This document shows positions 12,431-24,818 of a stretch of 64,000 nucleotides of DNA, piece by piece. Origin of the DNA: Lama glama (Eukaryota). The translations under genes and the position numbers were made by a program. Where the stretch lies: NCBI GenBank assembly GCA_028534125.1, contig CM052818.1, positions 26,290,001 through 26,354,000 of the forward strand, in the 5' to 3' direction. The notes beneath the pieces are model-generated. The model was not told the origin of the DNA. It did no database searches and saw only the letters and a program-made list of their open reading frames with translations. Position 1 is the stretch's first letter. Each line of letters opens with the position of its first letter.

Positions 12431-13806
12431 CCCTCCCTTCTCTCCTACTTCTTTGCTCTTCCTATGAAATACACAGAGGCACCCAGATGTCTCTAACCAC
12501 GTTTTCTGAATCAAAAATTGAGGGAACCTGGTTCAGGTGTACTTTTAAGGATGATCAAACAAAATTAGGAATTAGGGCTGTCTCAGGAAATGCATGCGGC
12601 CACTCTGTTAAGATTATTTGTTCATTTGAATGAAACAAAAACAATTCCAGAGCAACTTTTGCCGCGTATCAAACTCAACACAATTACCAAATCACTGCTT
12701 CACTCTGGGTGGTGGAGACAGAGAATGGGTGAGGGGACAGGAAAGCCAGCTTGTTGCTCTGGGAGGCACCTTCTCAGATTTACTACCTAAGATGTGCTTA
12801 TCTGAAGGACTCAGAGGAGTAGGCTTACATGCTGTCCATCTACCTGCTGACCCTCAGGTCATGGTGTCCCATTTTCCATGTGTACATCCATGCAACTCTT
12901 GACCTATGACGTTTGCCTCAGAAGCGCTTGAGAAAATTAGACATCGAGCAACAAGTAAGCTCTGCTATTTGTTCTCTAGCCAGAGACTTGAATTAAGGGG
13001 GGAAAAAAAAGAGCTTACACAGACCTTGGGTATTTCCAGTAGCTGGAATTTCCCACTGCTGGAAACCTAATGAAATAGCCTCAATACTGCATTTTATAGA
13101 TCCTGTTTTGCGGGTTGAATTACCCAGCAAAGACCAGAGAGGCAGGCAGAAAGAAAGCCTCTTGATGACCAAGTCTTTTTGAAACTGAATGGCTGTTTTT
13201 GTCTTGGTGTATGTGCAGTTATTTTGTTATTGATGCTAAGGTGTTTTTGATTTTGTTTTCTTCCCCCTAGAGTTTCAGAGAAAGAGAGGCATATCTTCAG
13301 CTCACTATCCAGGGAACAGTAAGCATGGCTCTTCTTCCAAAATCCCAATCCAATAAGTGGACAGCAGGTCTCTGAAACAGCCCGCCTGTGGGCACACAGG
13401 AAGAAAAGGACTTTGTTTTGACTGGGGTCCGTGGAGGCAAACTTCTGGTGCTCCATCCCTTAAACACATGGTGTTCTGAATACAGCTTTGACAGTTGTTA
13501 GCCAAAGTGGATTTAACACACAGCCTGGAAACCAGCAGCTGTCTTTGCCACAGACGTTGACCCCATCCTGCATATAGACAGGCCTCGTGTCTAATTACCC
13601 TGAGCATTCGCCACAGCGTGGAGTAAACACGGGGGCTTCCCACTGGGGACGTTTCTGTGACACTGTGAACTGGATTCAGCCCGAAAAAGAATAGTTGTGG
13701 TGTACATTCAGCCCAACTGCCCATTCCCTCTCCTTGACCTACCCTTTGTGGGAAGCCAGGAATGCCAACTATTTCTTGTCTTTTGGCCCAGGCCTTTATT
13801 TACAAT

Positions 13807-13867
13807 CCCCGCCCCTCCCCCTGCACGCCCCCCGCCTCCCGCCGCCCCCACACCCCAGCCCCAGCCC
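13807..13867. promoter_or_regulatory. GC-box (Sp/KLF) cluster; G-rich on the minus strand
   Basis: CCCCGCCCCTCCCCC, CCCCCCGCCTCCCGCCGCCCCC and CACACCCC in otherwise CpG-poor DNA; function is inferred only. Confidence 0.35.
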
Positions 13868-14517
13868 TGTCTCGTTTCCTGTGACAGCTCAGGCATTCCT
13901 TCTGTCTCTCCTTGAACAGTTGCATTTTTGTTTGAAATGGTAAATCTCAGGTATTTCAAATGAAGAAACACAAAATCATAAAACAACGTCCACTGGACAG
14001 GAAACTGTCCTCTGTCAGGGAAAATGCACCGTTTCTACCCAAGGGGCTTCCTTGGTGTTGACACACTGTATCAGGGTTTCTAGGCTGTAGATAAAAATAG
14101 CTTTTTCCCCCCCAAAAATGAAGATAGAGTCAGGCAAAGGCAGACCAAAGGAACTTGAGGTGGAAGATTGATGGGGAACATCTTTAAAGAACCACTGGCC
14201 ACTCTGTGTGTTTTGTTTCCTGAAGGGCAAAATTAAGCCCTTAGATCAGGTCTTTCATTTTTGGGTTTCTTTTCTAATTCTAGAATCTCCTCTAACCACA
14301 CTGGGATGGCAAAGTGGGAATACAATTCCTTCTGTAGTTATTGCTACACACTTAATGAGGACATTGTCTTCAACAAATCTGTTTTGCCCCAAAATACATT
14401 CTCAAAATCATTTCCAGGCAGTATAACCCTGGAGGTGGGGCTTCAGGGAAGCTATAAATGTTTTCATTGCAAACCTTACTAAAGAGAAAATGCAGGCATC
14501 CTGAATAGGCCTCCTCT

Positions 14518-14647
14518 GGGTAGCACAGCCTTGTGTCCCAGTTTGCCTGGGGCAGGCTCCATTCATATCTGGTGACCTGGTGTGATGATTAATAGTGCCC
14601 TCTTTCAAAAGTGTCTAGTTTGGTTGATAAATTACATGGGCATCCTG
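14518..14647 (+). mobile_element. MER94 hAT-Blackjack MITE
   Basis: TGTCCCAGTTTGCCTGGGGCAG...ATTAATAGTGCCCTCTTTCAAAAGTGTCTAGTTTGGTTGATAAATTACATGGGCATCCT. Confidence 0.75.
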
Positions 14648-17054
14648 CCTGTCACCATTTCTGATATCCATTTCAAACACTGTATACAAATAACGGTCCC
14701 ACAGCCGGTCCAGCAGTTGGTCTGGCTCTCCGGAAGGGAGGGATGACATCTGAACACACGGGTGGCACAGTGGTCTCAGAGGCCACAGTGCTGCTCATCC
14801 CTCAGGGTGGGTCCTGAGCTTTGCACCCAGCGGCTGGCTGCATGCTGCAAATGAGAATGTTTTCTTTTTCCTTTTTTTGCAAATGAGTTTTTTTCTTTTC
14901 TTTTTTTTTTTTTTTTAAACTTTTGCTTGAAAATAAGACACTTGGTTTCCAAACAGAAGACAAATCAGACCTCTGGGTTTCTTCTCCCCTGTCTCAAGTC
15001 CTCATTCTCGTCAAGACTCCTCTGCCCCACCAGCATCTGCAGAGTAGACAGTGACCTTGCTGGCTAAGGGTCCCCTCAGCCCACTTTTCCTTCCCTGCCA
15101 GGATGGGTGGAAAACCCCTAGGTAGAAAGAAAAATAACACTCGCATGTCTTTATCAGCAAATGTCAAAAATACATCAGGAGTTTGCCCTGTGCCTTACTG
15201 CTTGCCCAACTGAGCTGCTGAAGTCATTTGGAGTATATGAGTATTTAGGTGGTTAGAGACATTTTTTAGATTGGGGGAGAAGGGCAGAGAGAGAATTGAT
15301 TCATGGTTGCATCCTAGACTCTGGGTCCAAGGAGAGAACATTTGCCCAATGAATATGTGAATAATTGCATTGATGGGGGGAGATTTTTACTACTCTTAAG
15401 TATTTTTAATACATTAGAGAATTTGTTTATCTTTAACAAAAATTCACTGTAACATGGGTAGTCATTTTTGGACATTTTTCCTAAAGATATAGCATGCTAG
15501 TATGGTTTATTTTGCTCCTTAGGCAAAGCTGATTTAAAATTCTGACAGTGTGCATATGAAATTAATATGCAAAAAAAAACCCTGTTCAATTTGTGCTATT
15601 TTGTGTTTTAATTGGGGTTAATTTTAAATGGATTGCACCTGTGATGCTGCAAAATGCCTTGTGAACTCCCAAGCTAGCTGTGACACTGATGGACACGAGA
15701 CAGATGCAGGGTCTGTTACCAAGGCTTGCCTGCCAGGTCTCACTCTGCTGATTAAGGGGGACATTACACAGAAGAGATGGTTTTGGTTTAACTCTAGGGC
15801 TAAAAGAAATTTTTTAAAAAATTGTCAAACCACATCCATTTGCATGTACCATGATATGATATCTAACTAGAATAAGATATAGGAGCACTGAGAAAATAAA
15901 GCATGTTGGCTTTAATGTGGAAATATCTTTTTTCCTCGTTTTATGTCTGAGCAAATGGCTGATGGTTAAACAGTAGAATATTTAGAACTGGAAAATTATC
16001 ATTGGACTTTAAAAATATCTCTAAATTCTGTAATCTACTTTGGAGAGACCTTCCAACAGAAGGCCTAAACTCATCCCAGTAAGGAATAACACAATGAGAA
16101 GAGCTGAAATAAGACTCAAATAGTAAATACCCACACACTGATAAGCTAAACAAACTGACACCCAGTTTTTGTCAATTTACAATACAAGTGTATTTGTTTG
16201 ATAAACAGTTTTTGAATAGCAACTTTTCATAGTTTCTTTGCTAGATGCTTTATCATTTATTATCTCCTGTGTTCAATGAACAGCTCCGCGTAGTTGCTAT
16301 GGAATTCAAACCACACAGCTCTGTTTACAGAGTGAGCTGGTGCTGACGGATGGCCTGGAGTCAACTCCTCCCCTTCCTTTTACTAATTAACATTCCTGAC
16401 ATTTGACTCGACAGTAGTATTTTAGAGATCTAACACACAACTTTTGTAAACAAATATAATATTCTTAGTGTGAGTTAGAGCTCTTTGTAAGAAAAGAGTC
16501 AGTACTGTTTCCAAACTGAAAAAAAATTTTTAAAAAACAATTTATTTTGTCAGTTACAAGTTTCTAAGGTTTTTGTTGTTTTCTTTCTATTTGCCTCAGA
16601 ATCTACCAGAGAATTCCTCTATAATGAATCTGGTATGGAATTATTCTGCTCTTTTTAAAAATAGCTGCTTTTAGAAACAATTGGAATGTATTGGAGTTGT
16701 TTATTTACACATTTAAAGTGTCTTGGCATGTGGTATGTCGAATGGATACTGTTTAGTCACAGCATCAAAATGTATGCAAAGGAAGAGTATAACTGATTAT
16801 AAAATAATAGAGTGCTCCTCTTCTAAGGAAACTGCTGTTTCAGTCTGGACCAAATGATTTTTCCCTTCATGCATCACAAATCACAGACATATCTTTTTTC
16901 AATACACATGTTTTGTATTTGTCATGTTTTGCTGTCTTGGAGATGCAACCTAGTGTTCTAATTTCTTAATTATTTATTTGATTAAGTAAATGCAATTTAA
17001 AAAACTGGGCTGGAAATAGATTAATAATTACTTTAAAAGTATAATAAATATATA

Positions 17055-18139
17055 AACTATAACTCAATAACAGAAAAAAATCTCAAATAACCCAATTAAA
17101 AATTGGGCAAAGGACCTGAAGAATCATTTCTCCAAAGATGATATATGAAAGGCCAACATGAAAAGATGCTCAACATCACTAGCCACTGGGGAAATGCAAA
17201 CTAAAACCACAACGAGATATCACCTCATGCCGGTTAAGAATGGCCATCATCAAAAAGATAAGATAACAATGTTGGTGTGGATGTAGAGAAAAGGAAAATA
17301 CCCTTGTGCACTTAAGTGAGAATGTAAATTGGTGCCACCACTGTGGAAAACAGTATGGAGGATCCTCAAAAAATTAAAAATAGAACTTCCATATAATCCT
17401 GCAAATCCATTTCTAGGAATATATCCAAAGGAAACAAAAATACTAACTTGAAAAGGTATCTGTAACCCCATATTCATAGCAGCATTATGTACAATAGCCA
17501 AGACAGGGAAACAACCTAAGTGTCCATAGACAGATGAATGGATATATATACATACACACACACACACACACACACACATACATGTAGACAGACAATGGAA
17601 CATTATTCAATCATGAAAAATGAGGAAATCCTGCTATATGCAACAACACATGGATGGATCTTGAAGGCATTATGCTAAATGAAATGTCAGACAGAGAAAG
17701 ACAAAGGTATGATCTTCCTTATATGTGGAATCGAAAAGCAAACAAACTCATAGAAAAAGAGATCAGATTTATGGTTACCAGAGGTGGAGGGCAGGGGGAG
17801 GGGGAATTGAAAGAAGGTAGTCAAAACGTACAGACTTCCAGCTACAAGATAAACAAGCATTAAAGATGTCATGTACAGCATGGTGACTACAGCTAACACT
17901 ATTCTTTGATACGTAGGAGAGTTGTTAAGAGAGTGAATTCTAAGAGTTCTCATCACAAAAAGAAAACGTTTTTCCTGTTTTCCTTTGCTTTCTTTCTTCA
18001 TTGTACCTATATGAGAAAAGGAACATTAGCTGTACATATTGTGGTAATTATTTCTCAATATATGTAAATCAAACCATCATGCTGAATGCCTTAAACAGTG
18101 ATGTATGTCAATTGTTTCTTAATAAAACTGGGGAAAAAA
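17055..18139 (+). mobile_element. 5'-truncated L1 (ORF2 end plus 3' UTR), laurasiatherian L1MA-lineage type
   Basis: AAAAGATGCTCAACATCACTAGCCACTGGGGAAATGCAAACTAAAACCACAACGAGATATCACCTCA; ORF fragment MDLEGIMLNEMS; ends AATAAAACTGGGGAAAAAA. Confidence 0.95.
17541..17582. repeat. (TA)n(CA)n microsatellite inside L1
   Basis: GATATATATACATACACACACACACACACACACACACATACA. Confidence 0.9.
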
Positions 18140-18529
18140 GAGGGGTCTGGGATTGATATGTAGATTATAGTGAGGACACTGAAGCAAATAAAATCACCTG
18201 TTTTCCCATCAATGTACATCTGCTTGTACAGAATGTAGAATTGATTTTGTCCTTGGCAGTCCAAATATTATCAATATATTAATAACAACATTGATAATAT
18301 GTTGTAGACATTAAATACTTGCATCAACAAATTTCTTTCCCAGAAAATCCTGGAACTCTAAAACTATGAATTACAATCAGCACATACCTAATAGCAATTT
18401 TCATTTACTATATGCATTTGTTAATTGGCCATTTTTAAGGTGTTCCTCCATTTATTTCACAAATTCTACATTTCAAAAGTAGTTCAAAATCCAACTTTTT
18501 AGTTACGTGATTTAATACCATGTCATGCT

Positions 18530-18780
18530 CTTTTCTAACTGTATTTTGAAATAATTTTAGACTTAACAATAGTACAAAAACAGTATAAAACTTCCCTTAA
18601 TCTTCTGCTCAACTTCCCCTATTATAGCAAAGCCATCATACAATGATCAAAACAGCGTATTAATGGTGATACAACACTAATAACTAATCTGTAGACCTGA
18701 TTCAAATTTCAGCAGCTTTCCTACTAATGTCCATTTTCTGGTCCAGGAATCAATCCAGGATCCCATATTGCACCTTTATC
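18530..18780 (-). mobile_element. old L1 (L1MC/L1MD-type) 3' end
   Basis: TATTTTGAAATAATTTTAGACTTA...TTTCTGGTCCAGGAATCAATCCAGGATCCCATATTGCA. Confidence 0.75.
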
Positions 18781-19261
18781 TTTCAACATGGCCCCATCCT
18801 TTTTTAAGCACTTCGTTACTATGCTCTTTTTAAAACAATGATTCAACTGGTTTTTATAAAGTTATCCATTACAGTAGATTCAGGTAATACCCAAAATTGC
18901 AGAACACAGTATAAAAATTATACAAAATTTTACCATGAAATAGCGTGGCATGAAAGAACAACTATTGATATTTGACACACATTATTCCTGATGTCTCTTT
19001 ATGCTTATCTACAGTTAAAGAGGATAGGTGGATGAATTTTGATGGAATGAAATTATTTTTAATAAAAGTATTATAAAAATATTAAAGCCATTTTTAATAA
19101 AAAGCAGTAAATGTAATTCCACTTGAATTTAACAACAAAAAAAAGAAACTAAAATATAATTAGATATGCTGAGTTTCAGGTTAACTATTTCCTTATAAAA
19201 GACATGTCCTAAATTCTCTCTCTAAAGGCAAGAAAAAGAGTATGGAAGACATTTTGATATT

Positions 19262-19678
19262 GATCAGTTAGTGCTGCGCCTAATGAACCATTTCTAAGCT
19301 TTGTAGCTGAAAACAAACACTATTTATTATAGCTCACAGGTTTACAGGTCTGTGAGGGTGGTTCTGCTGATCTGGCTTGACTGATCTTGGGTGAATCCCC
19401 TAAGTGTCTGGGGTCAAGGCATGGGGCAACTGGAGCATTGCTGACCTACGATCATCTCATTCACAGGTGTGGAAGCTGGTTATCTCTTGGCAGGAACAAT
19501 AGGGGAGACTTTGTTGTGTGATCTCTCATCCTCCAGCAGGCTAGCTCATGCTTGTTCACATACCAGTAGCAGAGTTGAAAGAAGGAGACTGGAACTGTGT
19601 AAGAGCTCCGAGGTTTAGGCTCAGAGCTGTCACAAGATACTACTGGCCAAAGCAAGTCATAAGACCAGCCCAGATTCT
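19262..19678 (-). mobile_element. MaLR LTR (MLT1F/G/H-like)
   Basis: AAAACAAACACTATTTATTATAGCTCACAG...TCTCTCATCCTCCAGCAGGCTAGC...CTGGCCAAAGCAAGTCATAAGACCAGCCCAGATTC. Confidence 0.75.
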
Positions 19679-19924
19679 GGCCTAGTTATCCATATTATTC
19701 TTATGCATTGATCTTGATTGTTCAAATACCAAGTTTTCAATATAGCGGTATTCACTCAATTTGCAAATTTAAACATATATCTTGGGATTGTTTTTCCTAC
19801 TTTTTTTCCCCATATTTTCTATTTTATTTGTTCATTTTCTTTTTAAAATACCAATTATGTGTTTGCTGGATGTACTTTAACTGTCACTCACGGCTATCTT
19901 CCTTATAATCTTCTTTTTACTATT

Positions 19925-20268
19925 ATTATGTCTGCCTAGACTGTCTTCCCAGATACTTGCAAGACTGAATCAGTCATGTTACCCAGGTTTCAGATAAAAT
20001 GTCACACGGTCAGAGACCTTTCCTGGTCACCCAATCTAAAAAAAAAGGCCCTACCTATTCATTCTCTATTATATAGTCCTATTTTGTATTTTTATAAGAC
20101 TACATAGGGTTAGTCTATATATTTTATTTTCTCTACCTCCAACCCAGATTGTAAGCTCCATGAGGGTAAAGATGCTGCCAACCTCAAACCCTCCTGGAAC
20201 CCAGCATCTAGCAACACTCTTGGCATGTATCGGGTATTCAGTAATTATATGTTGAATGAACGAGTGAA
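19925..20268 (+). mobile_element. L2a 3' end
   Basis: AAATGTCACACGGTCAGAGACCTTTCCTGGTCACCCAATCTAAA...GATTGTAAGCTCCATGAGGG...TGTTGAATGAACGAGTGAA. Confidence 0.85.
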
Positions 20269-22399
20269 AGTCCTATTTTAAGCTAGGTTTATTCTAATTT
20301 TTGTTGCATATTGTATAGCTTTCTTCTCTGTAATATTTTTCATTCATATTTATCTCCTACAATTTCTTTGCAAGTACAGAGAACTCTTTGTCTGAACTCT
20401 TCCTCCGTTTATCTGGAACTTTTCTCTAGTCATTTATCTTTCCTTGTCTTACCTTTTCTTCTTCTTTACTTCCTCTTTCATTTCAAAGCAGATCTGTGGG
20501 GGATGATTCTTTCTTTCTTTCTTTTTCTTTCTAATCCTTACTTATCTCATACACTGGCTGAAAGACAGTCTGTAGAGGAAGAGAGGTAGTGGAAGACATT
20601 AGTAAGTTCAAACAGAGTATACTGCCTCCTAGAGCCTCTCACCAAATCTATTATTTTTCTTAACCTGTGACTATGTATCACCTCTCAGTCTTTGGAATTC
20701 AAGAGATTAGTAATTTGGAAAATGTGGTTTCCTTCACTGTCTTCGTCTTAGCTCACCTTTGGTCATCTCCACAGCTAGGAGAATAGAGAGTAGACAAAAA
20801 CTGTGTGTTGGCCTGGTTTCCCCTTGATTTCATTTTGTGGTGTCAAATGGGGTCCCTCTGGGGACAGTTCTCTTCTGTTGTAGCTCTCTGTGCCCTTTAA
20901 TTTGATATGACTTAAGGAATCCATGGATGGGCGTTGCAGGGTAGCCTCACTTGCTCGTGGGGAAATGTCCATCTTGCCCAAGGTCTGAGGATATGTTGTT
21001 CATTCTCAGTGTTCTTCCCCATTTTGGTCCAGATTTCATAGCATTTACCAGGTTTGCTACATAGTTTGTGGTTTAAGATTGTAGTCATATTCTTATTATT
21101 GGCAACTAAAGTACTGTCTCCATTTTTCAATCTTTTTGAAATTTTCAAGGATCTTTAACTGAAACTCATTTTGAGCTTTTTCAGATGCATTCAGCAAATT
21201 CGTTTTACAGAGTACAGGAGAGGCCATAAGAGTTTGAGACTTAGCTCTGAAGTCTCATAAAGTGTAATTTTATTTCATCCATCACCTTCTTCATTCCCTT
21301 TGCTCTGCTTTTCTCTACCTCCAAATCTATATAGGCTCTTTTGATTTTGCTTTTTTGCGTCCTAGTGCAAACTCACTATTCTCTTTTCTTCCTTTGACAG
21401 TGACTTTCTTTGTCATCTTTGTGGCAAAGCTTTCCTAGCCTTTCATTCCCTCAGCTTCTCTAAGTTAAGCCCCAAAGTCACCTGGCCTCAAACAAGTAGT
21501 GAGTTAACAACCACCACCACCTCCACCACAATTATCACACTCTGTTGTTGCTGCCTCTGCTTATCAAATATTTATTTAGCCAGTAATGTTGCTAAAGCTT
21601 GCACACATATTATCCCAGGTAATTCTTCCAATAGCCCAACAAAGTTAATATAATTACCTGTAACTTAAGTGTAGGGATGTGAACAATAACTTTTTTCTAA
21701 AACTGGCTCCAGAATTATGCTCAAAGAGGCCACTTGTGTTTGTTCAAGAAAATACTTTGAAATATGTTCTTGGGGTGGTTGAACTCTTATAGTATCAGAA
21801 AAGGGGGTGGGGGCAGAGGTTTGAAAGGTAAAATTGTTGCTTTGCTACTGGAAAGAAAGGGGAAAAGAAATAAAAGGAGAGGAGAAGGGGCCAGGAAGTT
21901 AAGAGACTGGCCCTGAGAAAGAGCTGAGAAACTCTTGGGACTCTTCCTTTTGAGGTGTAGGCCCTGCCACTCCTGTCCAGCCAACTTGGCTGTGCTCCTC
22001 TGGGTCTCTCTTCATCCTCAAATCTTTCATTCATCTCTGTGCACACAGTTCCTAGAACAGGGCAGGTTTCCTGCGGTTCTTATGGAAGGTCCTGGGTTTC
22101 CCATCTGGGTCAACGTGTCAAGAGCCAAAACTGCACATATGGAATCAGGGGCTTGGGATGCAGAAGGGGCATGAGGACAGAGCCCCTCAGAAGCCGGAAC
22201 ATCTTTGAGCAGGAGGGTTTAGACATTTACTGGCCACAGGATTGCGGCAGTGGTGGTAGAGGGAGGAGGGTATATTAAGCCAGGTTTTGAGAGAGAGAGG
22301 CCATAGGTTTTAACATCAGCTAAGTTTAATGTAGGTAAGGAAAATAAGATTCAGAGAAAGTAAGCAACTTGCTTAAGGATACAAACAATGGAAGGCCTT

Positions 22400-22795
22400 C
22401 TTGCTGTCTAACAAACATGCCCGGTTCCTTTCTGCTCAGGATATTTCTGGGGGAATGTTTTCCCCCAGATCTTTGCATTGCTAGATCCTTCTTATTCTTC
22501 AGAATTTTACTCAAATCATCTCCTCAGAGATGCTTTCCTCCATGCCCTAACAGAAACTGTCATCACGATACCCCCATCACACTCAATCTCTATCTCCTTA
22601 TCATGCTGATTTTTCTAAACAATAGCAGGCAATACTACCAGATATAATACTACATGTTTAATTTGTAGTCTGGCTCCTCTAATAGGATATAAGCTTCAGG
22701 AGGACAGAGATTTTGTATCTTGTTCACCATTGTATCCATGGTGCCTGGTATAGAGTTTAGCATTTAGATAGTATTCAATAAAGATTTGATGAGTA
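22400..22795 (+). mobile_element. L2a 3' end
   Basis: GGAATGTTTTCCCCCAGATCTTTGCATTGCT...ATATAAGCTTCAGGAGGACAGAGATTTTGTATCTTGTTCACC...TCAATAAAGATTTGATGA. Confidence 0.85.
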
Positions 22796-23489
22796 CACTC
22801 AGTAAGCATTCACTGGGAGCCTTCTGTATGTAGGGATGATCTCTTGTCTTTATAATTTCCAACTGATCAAATGCAGCCCAGGCCACCAATTTCCAAGCTA
22901 GCCATGCAGACTACCTATTTTCTTTAGAACTGAACCAAATTGTGCCCTCTACTAGTTCTCAGTTATTCTGAAGCTACTACTGACTTACTTTGAAAAGAAC
23001 TTCAAGGAGCTCTTCAAGAGCCACCATTACTTCAGTCAGATACTGGTTGTCTCAGAAACGCCCTTTCCTCTGCATGAGTGTTCAGAGCCAGTGACCTGTC
23101 GTAGAATGGTTCACATGTTGGGGGTAAGGAGGCAGCAACTCTTGAGTGGTTAAGAACAGGGTCTCTAAAATCAGATTAGATCAAATCTCAGCTCTGTGCA
23201 CGAGGCAATAAGAGTGCCTTCCACACAGGGCAATTGTAAGGAAAAGTTTGTCAAGAGCAGTATGACAAGGGCAGAAGGTCTCTGTAGAACACTTGGTGAA
23301 TGGACCAGCTAAATTTAAATCAGTGAAAACTTCCTGGATGAGGGGACTCTTGGCCAGAGTTTTAAAGAAAAATGAAAGCATGACTTGAAGGAGCAGATGG
23401 CAGTCTTGATTGCCAAGGAAAGGAGTTCAGGTTAGGAACTGGAAACCATGGTGGACTTCAGAAAGAAGATGTTCCTCAGGTGGAGTGAC

Positions 23490-24100
23490 ATGGGCAAAAG
23501 ATGAGGGGCTGAGCCAGAAGACCTGGGTTCCTGTCCACACTCACCAGCTGGGTAAACCCAGGTCAGTTTCATTCTACCTGAATCCACTTTCTCTGTTCAT
23601 TGTAATGCCGGTAATCCAAACCTACAAACTTGTGTGAAATCTAAGTGATTACAAGTAATATTCACGAAACTGTATATAAACTGTAAAGAACTTGCTTCAT
23701 GCATATGCTGGTCTGGACCAGTAACATGGTAGTACAATAAAGAAAAGAGCTCCAGAGTTGGGTTAGAAAGACCTGGGTTTAAATTCTTGTCCTGTCACCT
23801 ATTAACTTTATGCCCTTGGGTCGAATCCTACTCTCTCATCTGTCAAAGGAGGGTTGTTGTCAGGGTTAGACTATATCCGAAGAGCCTGGTAAAGCACCTA
23901 GCATGTCATCCCCATCATTACCACTGTGGCCAAAATTAGTCTAAGCACTTACCATCTCCCAGGCATTGTTCTAAGAGATGTGCATTAAGGTAGGTATTGT
24001 TAGACTGAAACCTAGAGAGGTTAAGTAATTTGCCCAAACTCACAGAGGTAGGAGTGGTGGATCTAGGATTAGAATTCATGAAGTGGAACTCAGCACACTA
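23490..24100. mobile_element. cluster of MIR SINEs (two plus-strand copies, then one minus-strand copy)
   Basis: AGAAGACCTGGGTTC at ~23516, AAAGACCTGGGTTTAAATTC at ~23767, CTGAAACCTAGAGAGGTTAAGTAATTTGCCCAA at ~24005. Confidence 0.7.
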
Positions 24101-24818
24101 ATTATTGACAATACATAGTGTAAACCTACAACTAAAATAGGCCAATTTTTGGAGAGTTCCTTTGTGAAAATACAGGCTTTCAGAAGAACTCATGTTTTCC
24201 AAGGAATTTGATAATGGACAAGAGATATCCCTCAGGAAGATCTTAGATTCTTCTTATCAGCTCGTCTTTTAAAACCAGAGTTATGCTAGAGAATAAATAA
24301 CTGACACTACTTTCAGGAAAAAAAGGAATTTGAATTAGCAATGAAAACAAAAGCACCTGCTTTGACATCTGACCTGTCCTTTCTTATTTCTAAAACTCCT
24401 GAAGACAATCTCGATCCGCTTTGGGATTGTTTTGATCAGTAAGGGATGTCTCTAAACTCATAGAAAACTAGGTGATGGGCCGGAATGAAAACCTTGCTAT
24501 GAAAGGCAGTAACCTGATTTGCATCAGTTGATAGGGTGAGAAATTGCAGGCAAGCAGAGGTGGCTCTTTCACCCCAAGGAGATCTGCTGTGCATTCCCTC
24601 ATCCACATGTGAGGCCATAAATCCACAGGGCAGGAGAAACTCAAGTCCCATGGCTTAAACTTTATGCAACTTCCTCTGGAGGAATCATACGCCTATTTCT
24701 AAATTCTTCATGTCTGCCCTCTGGGCCACAGGTCAGACACCAGTGGGCAGAAGGTACCAGACCATCCTTACAAAAGACTTTTCTATCATTTGTCCAGGGT
24801 AGAAAGACGTCTAAAGGG

